64,000 nucleotides of DNA from contig JBFIHX010000003.1 of NCBI GenBank assembly GCA_041601615.1, positions 32,001 to 96,000 on the forward strand. The letters are read 5' to 3'. This stretch comes from Thermoplasmatota archaeon (lineage in GTDB: Archaea; Thermoplasmatota; E2; JACPAO01; JAHFTW01). The first letter of the stretch is position 1, and every line of letters begins with the position of its first letter. Below are positions 17,959 through 28,713 of this stretch, piece after piece. Under the pieces are notes generated by a model. That model was not told the origin of the DNA and ran no database searches. It saw nothing but the letters and a program-made list of their open reading frames with translations. A program made the position numbers and the translations under genes.

Positions 17959-18594
17959 TCAGCTTGCCGTGCCGGTGTCGCTGCGGGCAATACGGTCGAG
18001 GACAAGGCGGGCAAGCTCCTCGTTTTGGCGAAGGGTGGTTTGGTCGGCGCGTTGGCCTTGCCAGACTGTGTCGATCGTGCCGTTGGCGTCGATGAAGAGG
18101 GTGACGGGTTGGTATTCGACTTGCAAGAGTGGCCGAATGTGGTCGTCGGGGTCCCACCATTGGGTACCGGGAGCTTCGGCTGCTTCCTTGCGCATGGCGT
18201 CTTCGAATCGATTTGAGTCGATGCTGACGCTGATGAAGTCCACGCGGTCGCCGTATTCGGAAAAGAGTCGGTGCATGGAGGGTTCTTCGGCCTCGCAAAC
18301 GGCGCACCAGCTGGCCCAGATATGCAACAGCACTGGGCGGCCCTTGTGGTCGGCAAGTGTGACCTCGTTGCCGTCCAAATCTTGGCTTATGTAGGGTGGC
18401 GCGGCTTGCCCTTCGAGTGCATGGCCGGAGCGGCCCAGCGTCTCGGCTGGTGGCATGGGGTCCGAGATTGGATTGGGCTGTGTGCATCCTGAGAGCGCGA
18501 GAACCAAGGCCAAGGTCCAACCAAGGAGGGGCGCCACGATGGGAGCAGCCGAACGCGGGACGGGCACCCTCGAACTTTGCGCTGCGCATCCCAT
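17959..18594 (-). CDS. TlpA/ResA-like thiol-disulfide oxidoreductase lipoprotein
   Basis: Lipobox LSGC; WASWCAVC; YQPVTLFIDANG; start codon uncertain. Confidence 0.85.
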   Translation of the reverse strand: MGCAAQSSRVPVPRSAAPIVAPLLGWTLALVLALSGCTQPNPISDPMPPAETLGRSGHALEGQAAPPYISQDLDGNEVTLADHKGRPVLLHIWASWCAVCEAEEPSMHRLFSEYGDRVDFISVSIDSNRFEDAMRKEAAEAPGTQWWDPDDHIRPLLQVEYQPVTLFIDANGTIDTVWQGQRADQTTLRQNEELARLVLDRIARSDTGTAS

Positions 18595-18801
18595 AATCGT
18601 TGCCCCAACTACGAGGGGTGGGTGCCGACGCCTCGACCAAGTTTGGTCGTTGATGCTGAGGGAAGGCTATATGTTTCGAATCGACGCCGTATTTTTTGTT
18701 TGAGCTGCGGGGGGCGGGTAATGAAATGGCTAGAGGTGCATAATTCGATGATAAGGAAACGTTGCGCCGGTACTAAATTGCCCGCAGATGGTATCGGGCC
18801 G

Positions 18802-19701
18802 ATGAACGCAAAACACTTCATCCTCGCCATGACGCTGATGCTCGTGGGCCTCGGTTCGCCCCTCATCAATGCGTCTCCCCTGACGACTACCTCGGAGTAT
18901 CACGAATACATCCTGAACGACATGGACACGGGACACATTGATGTCATCATCATCCCGTCCGCCAGCCCCTGGGCGCTGCGCGACATCAGCACCATCGAAG
19001 ACGCCCTGCAAGGCTGGGAAGATGGCATCCAAAGCAGCCTCAGTCCTGCCTGGCTCTCCAGCGGCTTCAGCATGGACATTTACACGCTCGGCTACGACGA
19101 CATCCCATCCGATGCCCTCTCGGACCCCGAAATCGTTGTGGTGGCCGCTGAAGTCAACCCCTTCCTGTTGTTCGGCATCGGCTACGGCGTCCCCATCGGC
19201 TTCTGCAGCGCCTTCAACCCTCTGGACCCGAGCATCTGGCAGCAGCACACCGGCAGTGACTGGGCCTACGCCAGCGCCGCCTGCAAGAGCGGTGGCAACC
19301 AGTGCATTGCGCTCAACACCAACTTCCTCCACATGGACGGTCCCTTTGTCACCATCAACGGCGGCAAGGGCGAGCGCCGCATGTACGACCTCGTCGCCCA
19401 CGAAATCGGCCACTGCCTCGGCATTGGTCACGTCGGAGACGCACTGGACTTCAGCACCACGATCTTCCCGAACAAGGACATCATGAGCTACCAGTACAAC
19501 AGCAACCAAGTGTTCTGCGTCAGCAGCCTCAACATCAAGAGCCTGCAAGGAGTCTACGCGGACGCCATCCCCGGCGCCCCCAGCTCCGCGACTCAGCCGC
19601 GCTACACCGGCGGCGAATTCGTCCACCTGCCTGTCGGGGACTACAGCCAAGTATCGTGCAGCAACCCGGACAACCTCAACGATCTTCCGCCCCTCCTCTG
19701 A
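18802..19701 (+). CDS. Secreted metzincin-like zinc metalloprotease, paralogue 1
   Basis: Signal peptide; HEIGHCLGIGH plus Met-turn DIMSY. Confidence 0.8.
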   Translation: MNAKHFILAMTLMLVGLGSPLINASPLTTTSEYHEYILNDMDTGHIDVIIIPSASPWALRDISTIEDALQGWEDGIQSSLSPAWLSSGFSMDIYTLGYDDIPSDALSDPEIVVVAAEVNPFLLFGIGYGVPIGFCSAFNPLDPSIWQQHTGSDWAYASAACKSGGNQCIALNTNFLHMDGPFVTINGGKGERRMYDLVAHEIGHCLGIGHVGDALDFSTTIFPNKDIMSYQYNSNQVFCVSSLNIKSLQGVYADAIPGAPSSATQPRYTGGEFVHLPVGDYSQVSCSNPDNLNDLPPLL

Positions 19702-20392
19702 GTCATGGAACACCACTCCCTCACCCTCCTTCTCCCCTTTGCCATCCGCAATTTTTAATGAATTGAGAGATAAAATAACCGGGTAATGATGGGGTTAGTT
19801 ACGATTGACAACAGGGTAAAGCCTCCACCCATCGGCCCTATATCGTCAGTGCATTCTCGACCTTTGATGCAGCCACGAGCCAACATGCTCGCTTCAACCT
19901 TCCACTTGCCCGCAGCCACGACGCTCGCCCATCGGGCCGTGCAACGCGGCTCCAACACTGTCTACGCGTCCAGCGGCAACGCCGACCCCGCGTACAGTCC
20001 CAAGTTCTAACACACTGTCCCTGCCCAGAAACGACGAAAAAACCATCCTGTGGAACGCATCGAACCACCCACTGTTTCCCCCCACGGGCGATGCCTTCCA
20101 GCCTCCACCCCCTTTCCCACCACGGCCGCACCCCTCCCGCGCCGAGGCGATTTGCCTCAGGTTTCCCCCACCGAACCTGGAACGTGCGCCACCGCCACGC
20201 TATGCTCCCAGCGCCGCCTCTCCCATCGGTCCCGTCCCTGATTCTTCATCGAGGCAATCCCGTCCTCCCCCATTCTCCCTCCGGCTCCACCCTCCTCTAA
20301 CCAGTCCCCATTTGGCCGATGGGACGCACCCCATACCTGATATAGAAAGAAACGTCGGACCACACGCCGGGGCCCGCCTCGGAAGGTCCCCG

Positions 20393-21955
20393 ATGCGCTT
20401 CGATGAACTCCCCCTAGACGCCGCCACCCTCGCCGCCCTCGAATCGATGGGCTTTGAGGAAGCCACCCCCGTGCAGGCAGAAACCTTGCCCGCCCTCCTA
20501 GAAGGCCGCGACGTCATCGCCCAGGCGCAGACCGGAACCGGCAAGACCGCCGCCTTCGGCATCCCGCTCGTAGAAGCCGCCCGCAAAGGCCACCGCGGCA
20601 TCGTGCTCACTCCCACGCGAGAACTCGCCAAGCAAGTGCAACGCGAAATGCAAAGCATCGGCAAAGGCAGCCCCTTCGACGTCATCTGCCTCATCGGCGG
20701 CGCAAGCTTCCCGGACCAAGTGCGCGCACTCAACCGCCACCCCAACGCCACCCTCGTAGCCACCCCCGGCCGCGTCGTGGACCACATCGGACGCGGCACC
20801 CTCGACCTCTCTGCCATGGACATCCTTGTTCTGGACGAAGCCGACGAAATGCTCAGCATGGGCTTCCAAGACGAACTCGACCAAATCGTCGCAGCCCTCC
20901 CAGCCGAGCGCCAAACCCTCCTCTTCACCGCAACCCTCCCGCCGGCCATCGAGAAACTCGCCCGCCGAGCCCTCAAGGACCCCGTCACCATTCGCGCCAG
21001 CGGCGGCAGCGGACGCGGCCCCGCCAAGACCGTCCAGCAATGCTTCGCGCTGGTGCGCCACTCCGACCGCCCCGAAGCCGTGCGCCGCATTCTGCTGGCC
21101 GACGAACCCAAAGCCGCCCTCCTGTTTTGCAAGACCCGCGGCCGCGTCGATGACCTCGCCGAAGCCCTACGCGACGCCGGCGCCGAAGCGCTCCACGGCG
21201 GCATGAACCAAGGCCAACGCGACTCCGTCATGCAGCGATTCCGCGACGGCAAAAGCAAGCTCCTAGTCGCCACGGACGTAGCCAGCCGCGGCCTCGACGT
21301 CGAAAACGTGGAACTCGTCATCCACGACGAACCGGCCCAGGACGTAGAAACCTACATTCACCGTGTTGGCCGCACCGGTCGCGCCGGACGCGAAGGCCGC
21401 AGCATCCTCATGCTCGGCCCCGGCGGCATGCGCAAACTCAGCGCCATCCAACACGTCGCCGGACACATCCAAAAAATCGAGATCCCCACCGACGCCGATC
21501 TCTTGGCCATGCGCGCCAACCGACTCGTGGCAGATCTCGCCGAACTGGAACCCGGACCCAATGCCCAGAGCCTCCTCGACCGCGCCCTCGGCGCCGGCAT
21601 GGACTTGCGCGGCGTTGCGCTGCGTGCCCTCGAAATGCTCGTCGCAGTCGCCGCCGAACCCGAATCCGACGCCGCCGACACCGTCGACGACAACGCCACT
21701 GCCGCCCTGTGCCTCAAAGTCGGACTTGTTGACGACCTACGCCCCGGCGACATCGTCGGCATGCTCGCCAACGAAGGCGGCTTGCGAGGCGACCAAGTGG
21801 GCCGCATCGACCTCCTGCCCCGCATGAGCGTCGTCGAAGTCCCCGCCCGCGAAATGCCCCGGTTGCTTGGACAATTGGAACGCACCAAGATGCGCGGCCA
21901 ATGGATTCGACCCCGCGAGGCCGAGGACTGGCGCTTCAAGAACGCCCCCCGCTAG
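20393..21955 (+). CDS. DEAD-box RNA helicase with a C-terminal DbpA-type RNA-binding domain
   Basis: Q motif GFEEATPVQ, AQTGTGKT, PTRELA, DEAD, HRVGRTGRAG; PGDIVG...VGRIDL. Confidence 0.92.
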   Translation: MRFDELPLDAATLAALESMGFEEATPVQAETLPALLEGRDVIAQAQTGTGKTAAFGIPLVEAARKGHRGIVLTPTRELAKQVQREMQSIGKGSPFDVICLIGGASFPDQVRALNRHPNATLVATPGRVVDHIGRGTLDLSAMDILVLDEADEMLSMGFQDELDQIVAALPAERQTLLFTATLPPAIEKLARRALKDPVTIRASGGSGRGPAKTVQQCFALVRHSDRPEAVRRILLADEPKAALLFCKTRGRVDDLAEALRDAGAEALHGGMNQGQRDSVMQRFRDGKSKLLVATDVASRGLDVENVELVIHDEPAQDVETYIHRVGRTGRAGREGRSILMLGPGGMRKLSAIQHVAGHIQKIEIPTDADLLAMRANRLVADLAELEPGPNAQSLLDRALGAGMDLRGVALRALEMLVAVAAEPESDAADTVDDNATAALCLKVGLVDDLRPGDIVGMLANEGGLRGDQVGRIDLLPRMSVVEVPAREMPRLLGQLERTKMRGQWIRPREAEDWRFKNAPR

Positions 21956-22022
21956 GCTCGCGCTCGGTAGGTTCAACGCCCCTACCAGAACGCATTAACC
22001 TTCGCAGTGCGCCGTTGGGTTC

Positions 22023-22955
22023 ATGCGCGCAGTGATCTCCACCCTGCTCATGCTCATCGTGGTCGCCGCTTCCGGCTGCCTCGACGAAGAAACAGGCACC
22101 GACAGCCAAGATGGCACCACGGACCCAACGCAGGACATGGCCGATCCCGGCAGCGAACGCCGCGCCGCGTTTCTAGCCGACCATCCGACGTTCTGTGATG
22201 AAGAAGCCACCTGCGACTTCTGGGACGACGAATACCACCAATACGTCGTCTACAACCTCGACACCACCGTCATCGACGTAGTCATCGTGCCCCCCGCCGG
22301 CGGCAGCACACCCGACAACATCGCCGCAAGCCGCCTCGCCGTGCAAGCCTGGAGCGACGGCATCGAAGCCCAAGGAGCCGCCTGGTTTGCCGACAACTTC
22401 ACCATGAACGTCTACGCAGTCGGCATCGACATTCCCAGCCTCGACGCCATCGAGGACCCCGAAATCGTCGTCCTTTCTACGAGTGCGCAAAAACTCGTCG
22501 GCATCGGACTGGAGCCCAAGCAATTCGGCTGCCAAATCCTGAACCAAGGCGTCGTTGCAGACCTCGGCGGCCACGAGCACAACGGCAACCAAATCTTCGC
22601 CCAAGACTGCACCGGCATCGGCTTTACTTGCTTTGCAATCAACGTCGGAGACCTAAATGGCATTGCACTGCAAGATCTCATCGCACATGAAGTGGGCCAC
22701 TGCCTCGGCGGCGGACACGTCGGGGACGCACTCGACTTCCGAGCCCGCTACGCACCCATCGAGGACATCATGAGCTACCAGGACGACCCCACGCACGTCC
22801 ACTGTGTCAGCAATTTCGACGTGCGCGTGCTTGAAGGCGTCTATGCGCACCTGCTTGACCGCCCCGAGGAAGAATGGCTGCCCCGCGGCTCCTTCCTGCC
22901 CATGGACCCGCTGGAATACGATGCGGGCGAATGCGACAACCCGCCTGGGGTCTAG
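22023..22955 (+). CDS. Metzincin-like lipoprotein, paralogue 2
   Basis: Lipobox ASGC; HEVGHCLGGGH; DIMSY. Confidence 0.8.
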   Translation: MRAVISTLLMLIVVAASGCLDEETGTDSQDGTTDPTQDMADPGSERRAAFLADHPTFCDEEATCDFWDDEYHQYVVYNLDTTVIDVVIVPPAGGSTPDNIAASRLAVQAWSDGIEAQGAAWFADNFTMNVYAVGIDIPSLDAIEDPEIVVLSTSAQKLVGIGLEPKQFGCQILNQGVVADLGGHEHNGNQIFAQDCTGIGFTCFAINVGDLNGIALQDLIAHEVGHCLGGGHVGDALDFRARYAPIEDIMSYQDDPTHVHCVSNFDVRVLEGVYAHLLDRPEEEWLPRGSFLPMDPLEYDAGECDNPPGV

Positions 22956-23049
22956 TCGGCCAAACAGCGCGCCTCTTGCCCCCGCGGCCGGGGCAACACT
23001 CCAACACCTCTACCAGAATCCTTTACCTCTTAGCAACGGCGTTGGGATT

Positions 23050-23958
23050 GTGCGAAACTCGCTGACCATGCTCCTCCTACTCCTGGCGCCCTTCCTCTCC
23101 GGTTGTCTTGGAGGAGCCAGCACTCTCGAAGCACTGGACGCGCCACGGGACGCCGAACGAGAGCGCAGCGAATTTCTTGCCAATCATCCCACATTTTGCT
23201 TCCTGCAATCCACCTGCAACTACTGGGACGACATGTACCACGAACGCGTCGTTTACGATCTAGACACCACCGTCCTAGACATTGTCATTGTACCTCCCGT
23301 CAACGCCCCCAATGACCAAACCGGCGCCGCCAGCCGCCTCGCGGTCCAAGCCTGGATGGATGGCATCCGAGCCCTCGGTGCCTCCTGGCTTGCAGACAAC
23401 CTCACCATGAACATCTACGTCGTCGGCGAAGACATCCCAAGCGTCGACGCAATCCCTGACCCCGAAATCATCGTGACTTCCGCAAGCCTCACCCTCACCA
23501 ACGGCATCGGGCTCGAACCCGTACAAGCCGGATGCTACGAGCTAGGCCAACTCGTCGACCAAGAGCTAGGCGGCCACGAGCACAACGGCAACCGCATCTT
23601 TGCCCAGCGCTGCGCGGAAACCAAATTCACCTGCTTTGCCATCAACGTCGGCGAACCCGAAAACATCGCCATGCAAGACCTCATCGCGCACGAAGTCGGC
23701 CACTGCCTCGGCATCGGACACGTCGGCGACGCCCGCGACTTCAAAGCCCGCTACGCCCCGATTGCGGACATCATGAGCTACCAAAACAACCCGGAGCATG
23801 TGCACTGTGTCAGCAACCTCAACGTGCGCACACTCGAAGGCGTCTACGCGCATTTGCTTGGCCGACCCGAATCCGAATGGATGCCTGCACACACCTACTT
23901 GGACATGGACCCGCTCGAATACGATGCGGGCCAATGCGACAACGCGCCTGGCGCCTAG
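23050..23958 (+). CDS. Metzincin-like lipoprotein, paralogue 3
   Basis: Lipobox LSGC; HEVGHCLGIGH; DIMSY; collinear with paralogue 2. Confidence 0.8.
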   Translation: MRNSLTMLLLLLAPFLSGCLGGASTLEALDAPRDAERERSEFLANHPTFCFLQSTCNYWDDMYHERVVYDLDTTVLDIVIVPPVNAPNDQTGAASRLAVQAWMDGIRALGASWLADNLTMNIYVVGEDIPSVDAIPDPEIIVTSASLTLTNGIGLEPVQAGCYELGQLVDQELGGHEHNGNRIFAQRCAETKFTCFAINVGEPENIAMQDLIAHEVGHCLGIGHVGDARDFKARYAPIADIMSYQNNPEHVHCVSNLNVRTLEGVYAHLLGRPESEWMPAHTYLDMDPLEYDAGQCDNAPGA

Positions 23959-23987
23959 CGCAACCGTACGATCGCACGGGCACCCGC

Positions 23988-25151
23988 TTATTTCGCCCCG
24001 ATCCGATTGCGCCAAAACGGCGACGCCGCCCACCGACGCTCCAATCCATAGACGTGATGCCGGTTCTCGCGGTAAGCATCGTATTGTCGATCGACGTATG
24101 AAGCAAAATCCACCGGCACTGGCGCAGATGCCAACCTAGCCGCCACAACGCGCCCCGCAATTAGACCGTGGTTGAGGCCCTTGTAGATGCCTTGGGCCGC
24201 CACAGGATCGAAGCTGGCCGCGGCATCACCAACGGCCATCCAATCCACACCTGCCACCACGGGTAACCGCCCAGTACGGATGGACCGGGTGTGGTACGTT
24301 CGGTCTTCAAGGTCGAGCTGATTAGTGCTGGGTCCCACGAAGGAAGTCTGAGACAAGGCCTCCTCAAACCCCGCATAGTTGCCGGACCGCAGCCTGGGCA
24401 CGAACTCCTTCTCCGTCACCACCATGCTTACCACCCTGCTACTTGGCAGACGTGCATGGTACCACCACCCGTCCCGAGCTGCTTCCAATTGGACCTGCCT
24501 GGTGCCGCTCCCCTCCAAGACCGTGGCGAACCGGACCGTGGCATACAACCAGTCATCGACGACCTTGTGGATGCCCATGGCCTGGGCAAACCGCGCCTCG
24601 GGTCCAGTGGCATCCACCACAAATCGTGCATGGACCAGCTGCGCTTCTGTGCCCGCATGGTCGAGGTTGGTGCCCTGTACGGAGCTCCCACGCGCAAGCC
24701 GCAGAGCATACCCATGGCCCCCCAAGGGCTGACTCCGTTCCTCGATGCCTTGGAAACGAGTGGACCACGCCACCTGCACCCCGAGCGCTTGCGCCCGATC
24801 CAGCAGCATAGCATCGAATAGCCGCCGGTCGAGCCGCCAGGACGGCCCAAGCGGATTGACGATGAAGTCGTTGTACCCCACGCGGTCGCTGCCCCACATA
24901 GAAGCGTATCCGGGACAAGGCTCGTGGGTGGAGTTTCGAAACGCCTCAAGCACACCCAATCGATCCAGAGGTAGGACCACGTCAGGAGGGCAACTTTCGC
25001 CCATGCGTTCTTGTTCACGGGGCCCGGCGTCCACGACGAGAACAGACGCATTGGTCTCTTGGCGCACAGATATGGCGGTTGCAAGGCCGGCGGGGCCACC
25101 ACCAAGAACGACCACGTCGTACTTGGAGTTCAAGCTCGGTGGACCGGACAC
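23988..25151 (-). CDS. lodB: LodB/GoxB-like FAD-dependent CTQ maturation flavoprotein
   Basis: GGGPAG, RMGESCPP, LDRRLFD, FVVDATG, AVGDAAASFDPVAAQG, SPFW; directly downstream of lodA; start may be 25190. Confidence 0.8.
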   Translation of the reverse strand: MSGPPSLNSKYDVVVLGGGPAGLATAISVRQETNASVLVVDAGPREQERMGESCPPDVVLPLDRLGVLEAFRNSTHEPCPGYASMWGSDRVGYNDFIVNPLGPSWRLDRRLFDAMLLDRAQALGVQVAWSTRFQGIEERSQPLGGHGYALRLARGSSVQGTNLDHAGTEAQLVHARFVVDATGPEARFAQAMGIHKVVDDWLYATVRFATVLEGSGTRQVQLEAARDGWWYHARLPSSRVVSMVVTEKEFVPRLRSGNYAGFEEALSQTSFVGPSTNQLDLEDRTYHTRSIRTGRLPVVAGVDWMAVGDAAASFDPVAAQGIYKGLNHGLIAGRVVAARLASAPVPVDFASYVDRQYDAYRENRHHVYGLERRWAASPFWRNRIGAK

Positions 25152-27235
25152 CCTTTCATCTTCTTGGGCGGGTTGGCATTGAACGGCCATTTCGGAACAG
25201 GCACGCTGGCATCGCCTGCGCGGCTGAGTTTGCTCTGGACCTCCAGGTACAACTTGGGCGAAAACGGCCCCTCACAGCAATCCACATTGGTTCCTTGCAC
25301 AATGATGCCGATCTTCTCCCAATCCGTCACCGACTGCAACGGGTCCTGGAACGTGGCTGCCGTGGCGGGATTGACAGCGTAGGTGCCGGGGCCCCGAATG
25401 GACCACTTCTGGGCCGGCAGCACATTCTTGACAACCTCCTCGGCAACATACACAGCGTCAGGACGCTGGGATGGCCACGACCAGTATAGGGTGGTGTCGG
25501 CGCCGTTGCTCCTGTTGACCCCGTCCGTGTTGATGGCGGTAGCGTGGATGGAGCAAGAGTTGTAATCCGTCTGCCACGGGATGGCCATGAATTTGGAGAT
25601 GTCCCCCGGTTCCAATCCGTCTGTCATGCCATGCAAGGGAATCCAGCCGATCCGGAGGAACGGTTTGCCCTTCTGCAATTTCTCGTAGTCCAACGGAGTC
25701 TGCTTGATGCGGAACGGACCGGCGCCCGTCGTCTTCCAGTCTTGCTGGTAAAGCTCCGGGTCCATGATGGTGTAGCTGACCTCGATGCCAGGCACATAAC
25801 GGCCGCCGAGGCAATTGGAGAGCGAGGCCATATCAAGGAATTCTCCGGGGCCAAGCCCTCGTGGCGCCCCCTTCTCAAACCGCTTCCGACTCCATTGCTC
25901 TAGGAAGAAATACTGCGTCTTGGTGACGGTCATGAAAGACGTGCCCGCCGCACCCAGGGACATGGGCATGAGCGGCAGACCGATGTTGGTCTCGTCCCTT
26001 CCCTCGAGCCACTCAGCCGGTTGTCGAATGAACGTGAGCGCCGCCATGACCGTCCGGTCGGGGTCGTCGTCTGCGGTGATTGCCTCCACGGCATCGTGGG
26101 CGCGTAAAGCCATCTCGGGGAGGTTGGCGGTCCAGCGTTGCAAGTTGGAGGCGATGAACAACGGCTTGATGTGCCGTTCAAAATTGGGCAGATACTCAGG
26201 ATTGTATTTTTTACGATCATCCGTTGGCCGAGTGGACGGTCCGAGAAAGAGGTCGGGCTGCAATTCCAACTGGCGCACGAACATGTCGTACACGTCGTCC
26301 CAAACAGACACCACGTTGCGGATCTGGGGGGCATAGGAAGGATCACCACACACCACCCATGCGCCGAATGCCTCCTCTGCGCTGCCGTCGTCGAAAACCA
26401 ACGTTACGTTCACGGGGCCATCAGAGGCCGAGTCGTACCAGCCAACATTGTTGAGGTCTCCCGTCATTTGAATCGGCACGCCGTATTCGTCGTACTGCCC
26501 AACGGCGTTGCCGGAGCTTGGCAGAACAAGCAATCGGCCTTGCTCGTCCGTGCGCAGTCCCCCAAGAGTGTCCAGCGGACCGCTGGGTTCGAACAGTTCG
26601 TCATTCATGTCTGCCGGGAAGCGGATGGGGTAGTCGGGAAGCTGCTTGATGGCGCCGGGCGATTGGACATAGGATGCTCCGGAGCATCGATCGAACTCGG
26701 CCGTTTGCTTCTCCTGCGCGCTGATGGCTCTGGGGCCGGCGTCGATCATTAAGTGCATCAATCGGTTCTCCGAGTTGATGTCCCCATGCACCTCTGGGTT
26801 TCGAACTTGAGGCACGTTGCCGTCCGCATAGGCCAAAATGCCCTTGTTGTTGACTACGTTGTATGCGGCGGCCTTCTTATTGGCCAAATGGCCCGACCAA
26901 AGCAGGTCCACCACCTCGCGTCCGTCAGGCAGCTTCGTTCCGAGGGTGACCTCCATGCCATCGCCGCTAGGGTACGCGCCGGCTCCTTCCGCGTCGTAGG
27001 CGTAGATGCGGAAGCGGGCTGCCTGCTTCTTGAGGTTCCCGTCATCGTCACGCAGTTCGGAGCTTCGAACCGGCTCATTCTCCGTTCCCGGCCGAATGGG
27101 AAGTCCGCCTGTGACATCGGTGCCCTCTTGCGGCAAACCTGCACTGGTTTCTGGCGAAAGGACAAATTCCTCGCTTGTACCAAAGCGCGCAAAATTGATG
27201 GTCGGGTGGACTCGGAAGACTGGCTTCCTGTTCAC
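25130..27235 (-). CDS. lodA: LodA/GoxA family CTQ-dependent amino acid oxidase
   Basis: RVHPTINFARFG, KQAARFRIY, LANKKA, TDEQGRLLV, DGPV, PGDISKFMAIPWQTDYNSC (CTQ Cys/Asp), WPSQRPD (CTQ Trp region). Confidence 0.88.
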   Translation of the reverse strand: MNRKPVFRVHPTINFARFGTSEEFVLSPETSAGLPQEGTDVTGGLPIRPGTENEPVRSSELRDDDGNLKKQAARFRIYAYDAEGAGAYPSGDGMEVTLGTKLPDGREVVDLLWSGHLANKKAAAYNVVNNKGILAYADGNVPQVRNPEVHGDINSENRLMHLMIDAGPRAISAQEKQTAEFDRCSGASYVQSPGAIKQLPDYPIRFPADMNDELFEPSGPLDTLGGLRTDEQGRLLVLPSSGNAVGQYDEYGVPIQMTGDLNNVGWYDSASDGPVNVTLVFDDGSAEEAFGAWVVCGDPSYAPQIRNVVSVWDDVYDMFVRQLELQPDLFLGPSTRPTDDRKKYNPEYLPNFERHIKPLFIASNLQRWTANLPEMALRAHDAVEAITADDDPDRTVMAALTFIRQPAEWLEGRDETNIGLPLMPMSLGAAGTSFMTVTKTQYFFLEQWSRKRFEKGAPRGLGPGEFLDMASLSNCLGGRYVPGIEVSYTIMDPELYQQDWKTTGAGPFRIKQTPLDYEKLQKGKPFLRIGWIPLHGMTDGLEPGDISKFMAIPWQTDYNSCSIHATAINTDGVNRSNGADTTLYWSWPSQRPDAVYVAEEVVKNVLPAQKWSIRGPGTYAVNPATAATFQDPLQSVTDWEKIGIIVQGTNVDCCEGPFSPKLYLEVQSKLSRAGDASVPVPKWPFNANPPKKMKGCPVHRA

Positions 27236-28290
27236 GCCTCCACCTCCTGCTCCTTCACTGCGACCTGCCTAGCATCGCTGAATTTGGGTGTCACGCCGTT
27301 GATCCAGCAATTGTTGATGGCTGCTCCGACCCCTGCCATTGTTGGGAAAAAATCACCAGGATTCTCTCCACCAAACAGAGATTCAAGCAGCATGGTAAGC
27401 TCCGAAAATTGCGCAACGAGGATGTTCTGCAACCGCTGCCCATTCTCAGACTGTTCGGCCGCCGGGTCTGCCATGTGGATGTCCACGGGCTGCTTTGTTG
27501 GATCGACCAAGAAAGCCCGTCGAAGACCTCGGAACTTTTCAAAGTGGTCCTCATGAGGCTCTTTGTCGTCCGCCGTGTTCTGGAAGGCCTTGGGAACCGT
27601 CGGGTCGGATTTGGATTGCCCTTCGCCCTGGTCCATGATGAGTTGGATGAGCAACGCGACTTGGTGGAATCCAGCCGCGCCGGACTCCGTAATGGTCAGG
27701 CTTGGGGCGTTTCGGTAGAACGCAGAAAAATAGTCAATTTGGCGAACACCTCCACGGATTTGATTCTGCAACAGTTCAGCACCGTGGTAGATGGCCGTGT
27801 ACAGGGCTCCAATGGTTGGATAGTCTGCCACGTTGCTGTGAAGCAGCACACGCCGTTTGGAGACATGCTGGAGTAGGACATCCCCCACGCCGTCGGCGTC
27901 GTCTATGAATTCAGGCAACTCCACGAGGCACATGGCGTTGATGTGCTCCAAGTCAAGCGGGCCGATTTGCGCCACGTATGGTGTGAATTTCGCAGTCACT
28001 GCCGGGTTATCCTTGCCAAAATCCAAGTGTGGGACCTTCTTTCCTTCGTAGGTCGGTGGCGACACCGTGGGGGAAAATCCGTATGCGTTGGCGAGGTTTG
28101 CTGCACACTGTAGATGCAGCATCTCTTGGTTGACTACCGTGCGGATCATTTGGTACGCCGGGGTGGAACGATCTTTGACGGAATACATCGCGGACATGTA
28201 GAATGGGATCGTCCAAAGCTCGAGGTCGAATGCCGCTTGGATGTGTTCACGGAGATTCTGGATTGTCCAGTTTTCATTGTGCAGTTGCAT
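27232..28290 (-). CDS. Ferritin-like (VioB-type diiron-fold) protein
   Basis: LELWTIPFYMSAMYS, EMLHL...ANL, IMDQGEG, HFEKF; 4-bp overlap with lodA. Confidence 0.75.
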   Translation of the reverse strand: MQLHNENWTIQNLREHIQAAFDLELWTIPFYMSAMYSVKDRSTPAYQMIRTVVNQEMLHLQCAANLANAYGFSPTVSPPTYEGKKVPHLDFGKDNPAVTAKFTPYVAQIGPLDLEHINAMCLVELPEFIDDADGVGDVLLQHVSKRRVLLHSNVADYPTIGALYTAIYHGAELLQNQIRGGVRQIDYFSAFYRNAPSLTITESGAAGFHQVALLIQLIMDQGEGQSKSDPTVPKAFQNTADDKEPHEDHFEKFRGLRRAFLVDPTKQPVDIHMADPAAEQSENGQRLQNILVAQFSELTMLLESLFGGENPGDFFPTMAGVGAAINNCWINGVTPKFSDARQVAVKEQEVEA

Positions 28291-28713
28291 GGATTGATTC
28301 CCCTACCGCCGCCAACAATGACCGATTCGAACCAAGCGAATACGAAACTAGAAGGTTGAAAAGCGGATTCATCAAGACGCAGCCTGTAGGTTTATTTGAA
28401 TCTAATCGCATGTATGCAAAGGGCCGATGGTTTCAGATTTCTAAACACGAAGATGCGGACATGCTCTCCAGCCCATCCTGAAATTCCCGGGCAAAATTCG
28501 ATGAAGGGACTTGTTGGAAATGGTTGGGGCTCCGCGACAAAAAAGGGGGTCTGCCTTTCCATCGCGCAGAGGTGCCCAGTTCCCATAGCCCAATGTGTCC
28601 AGGCTCCTCAGGCAACTTGGCTTCCAGAGCTTCTTTGCCACCTGCCCTCGTTTTGACTTCCCATCAATGGCTTCACCAGAACGCATAAGCACTCACCCAC
28701 CGCCCCGCGTCCG

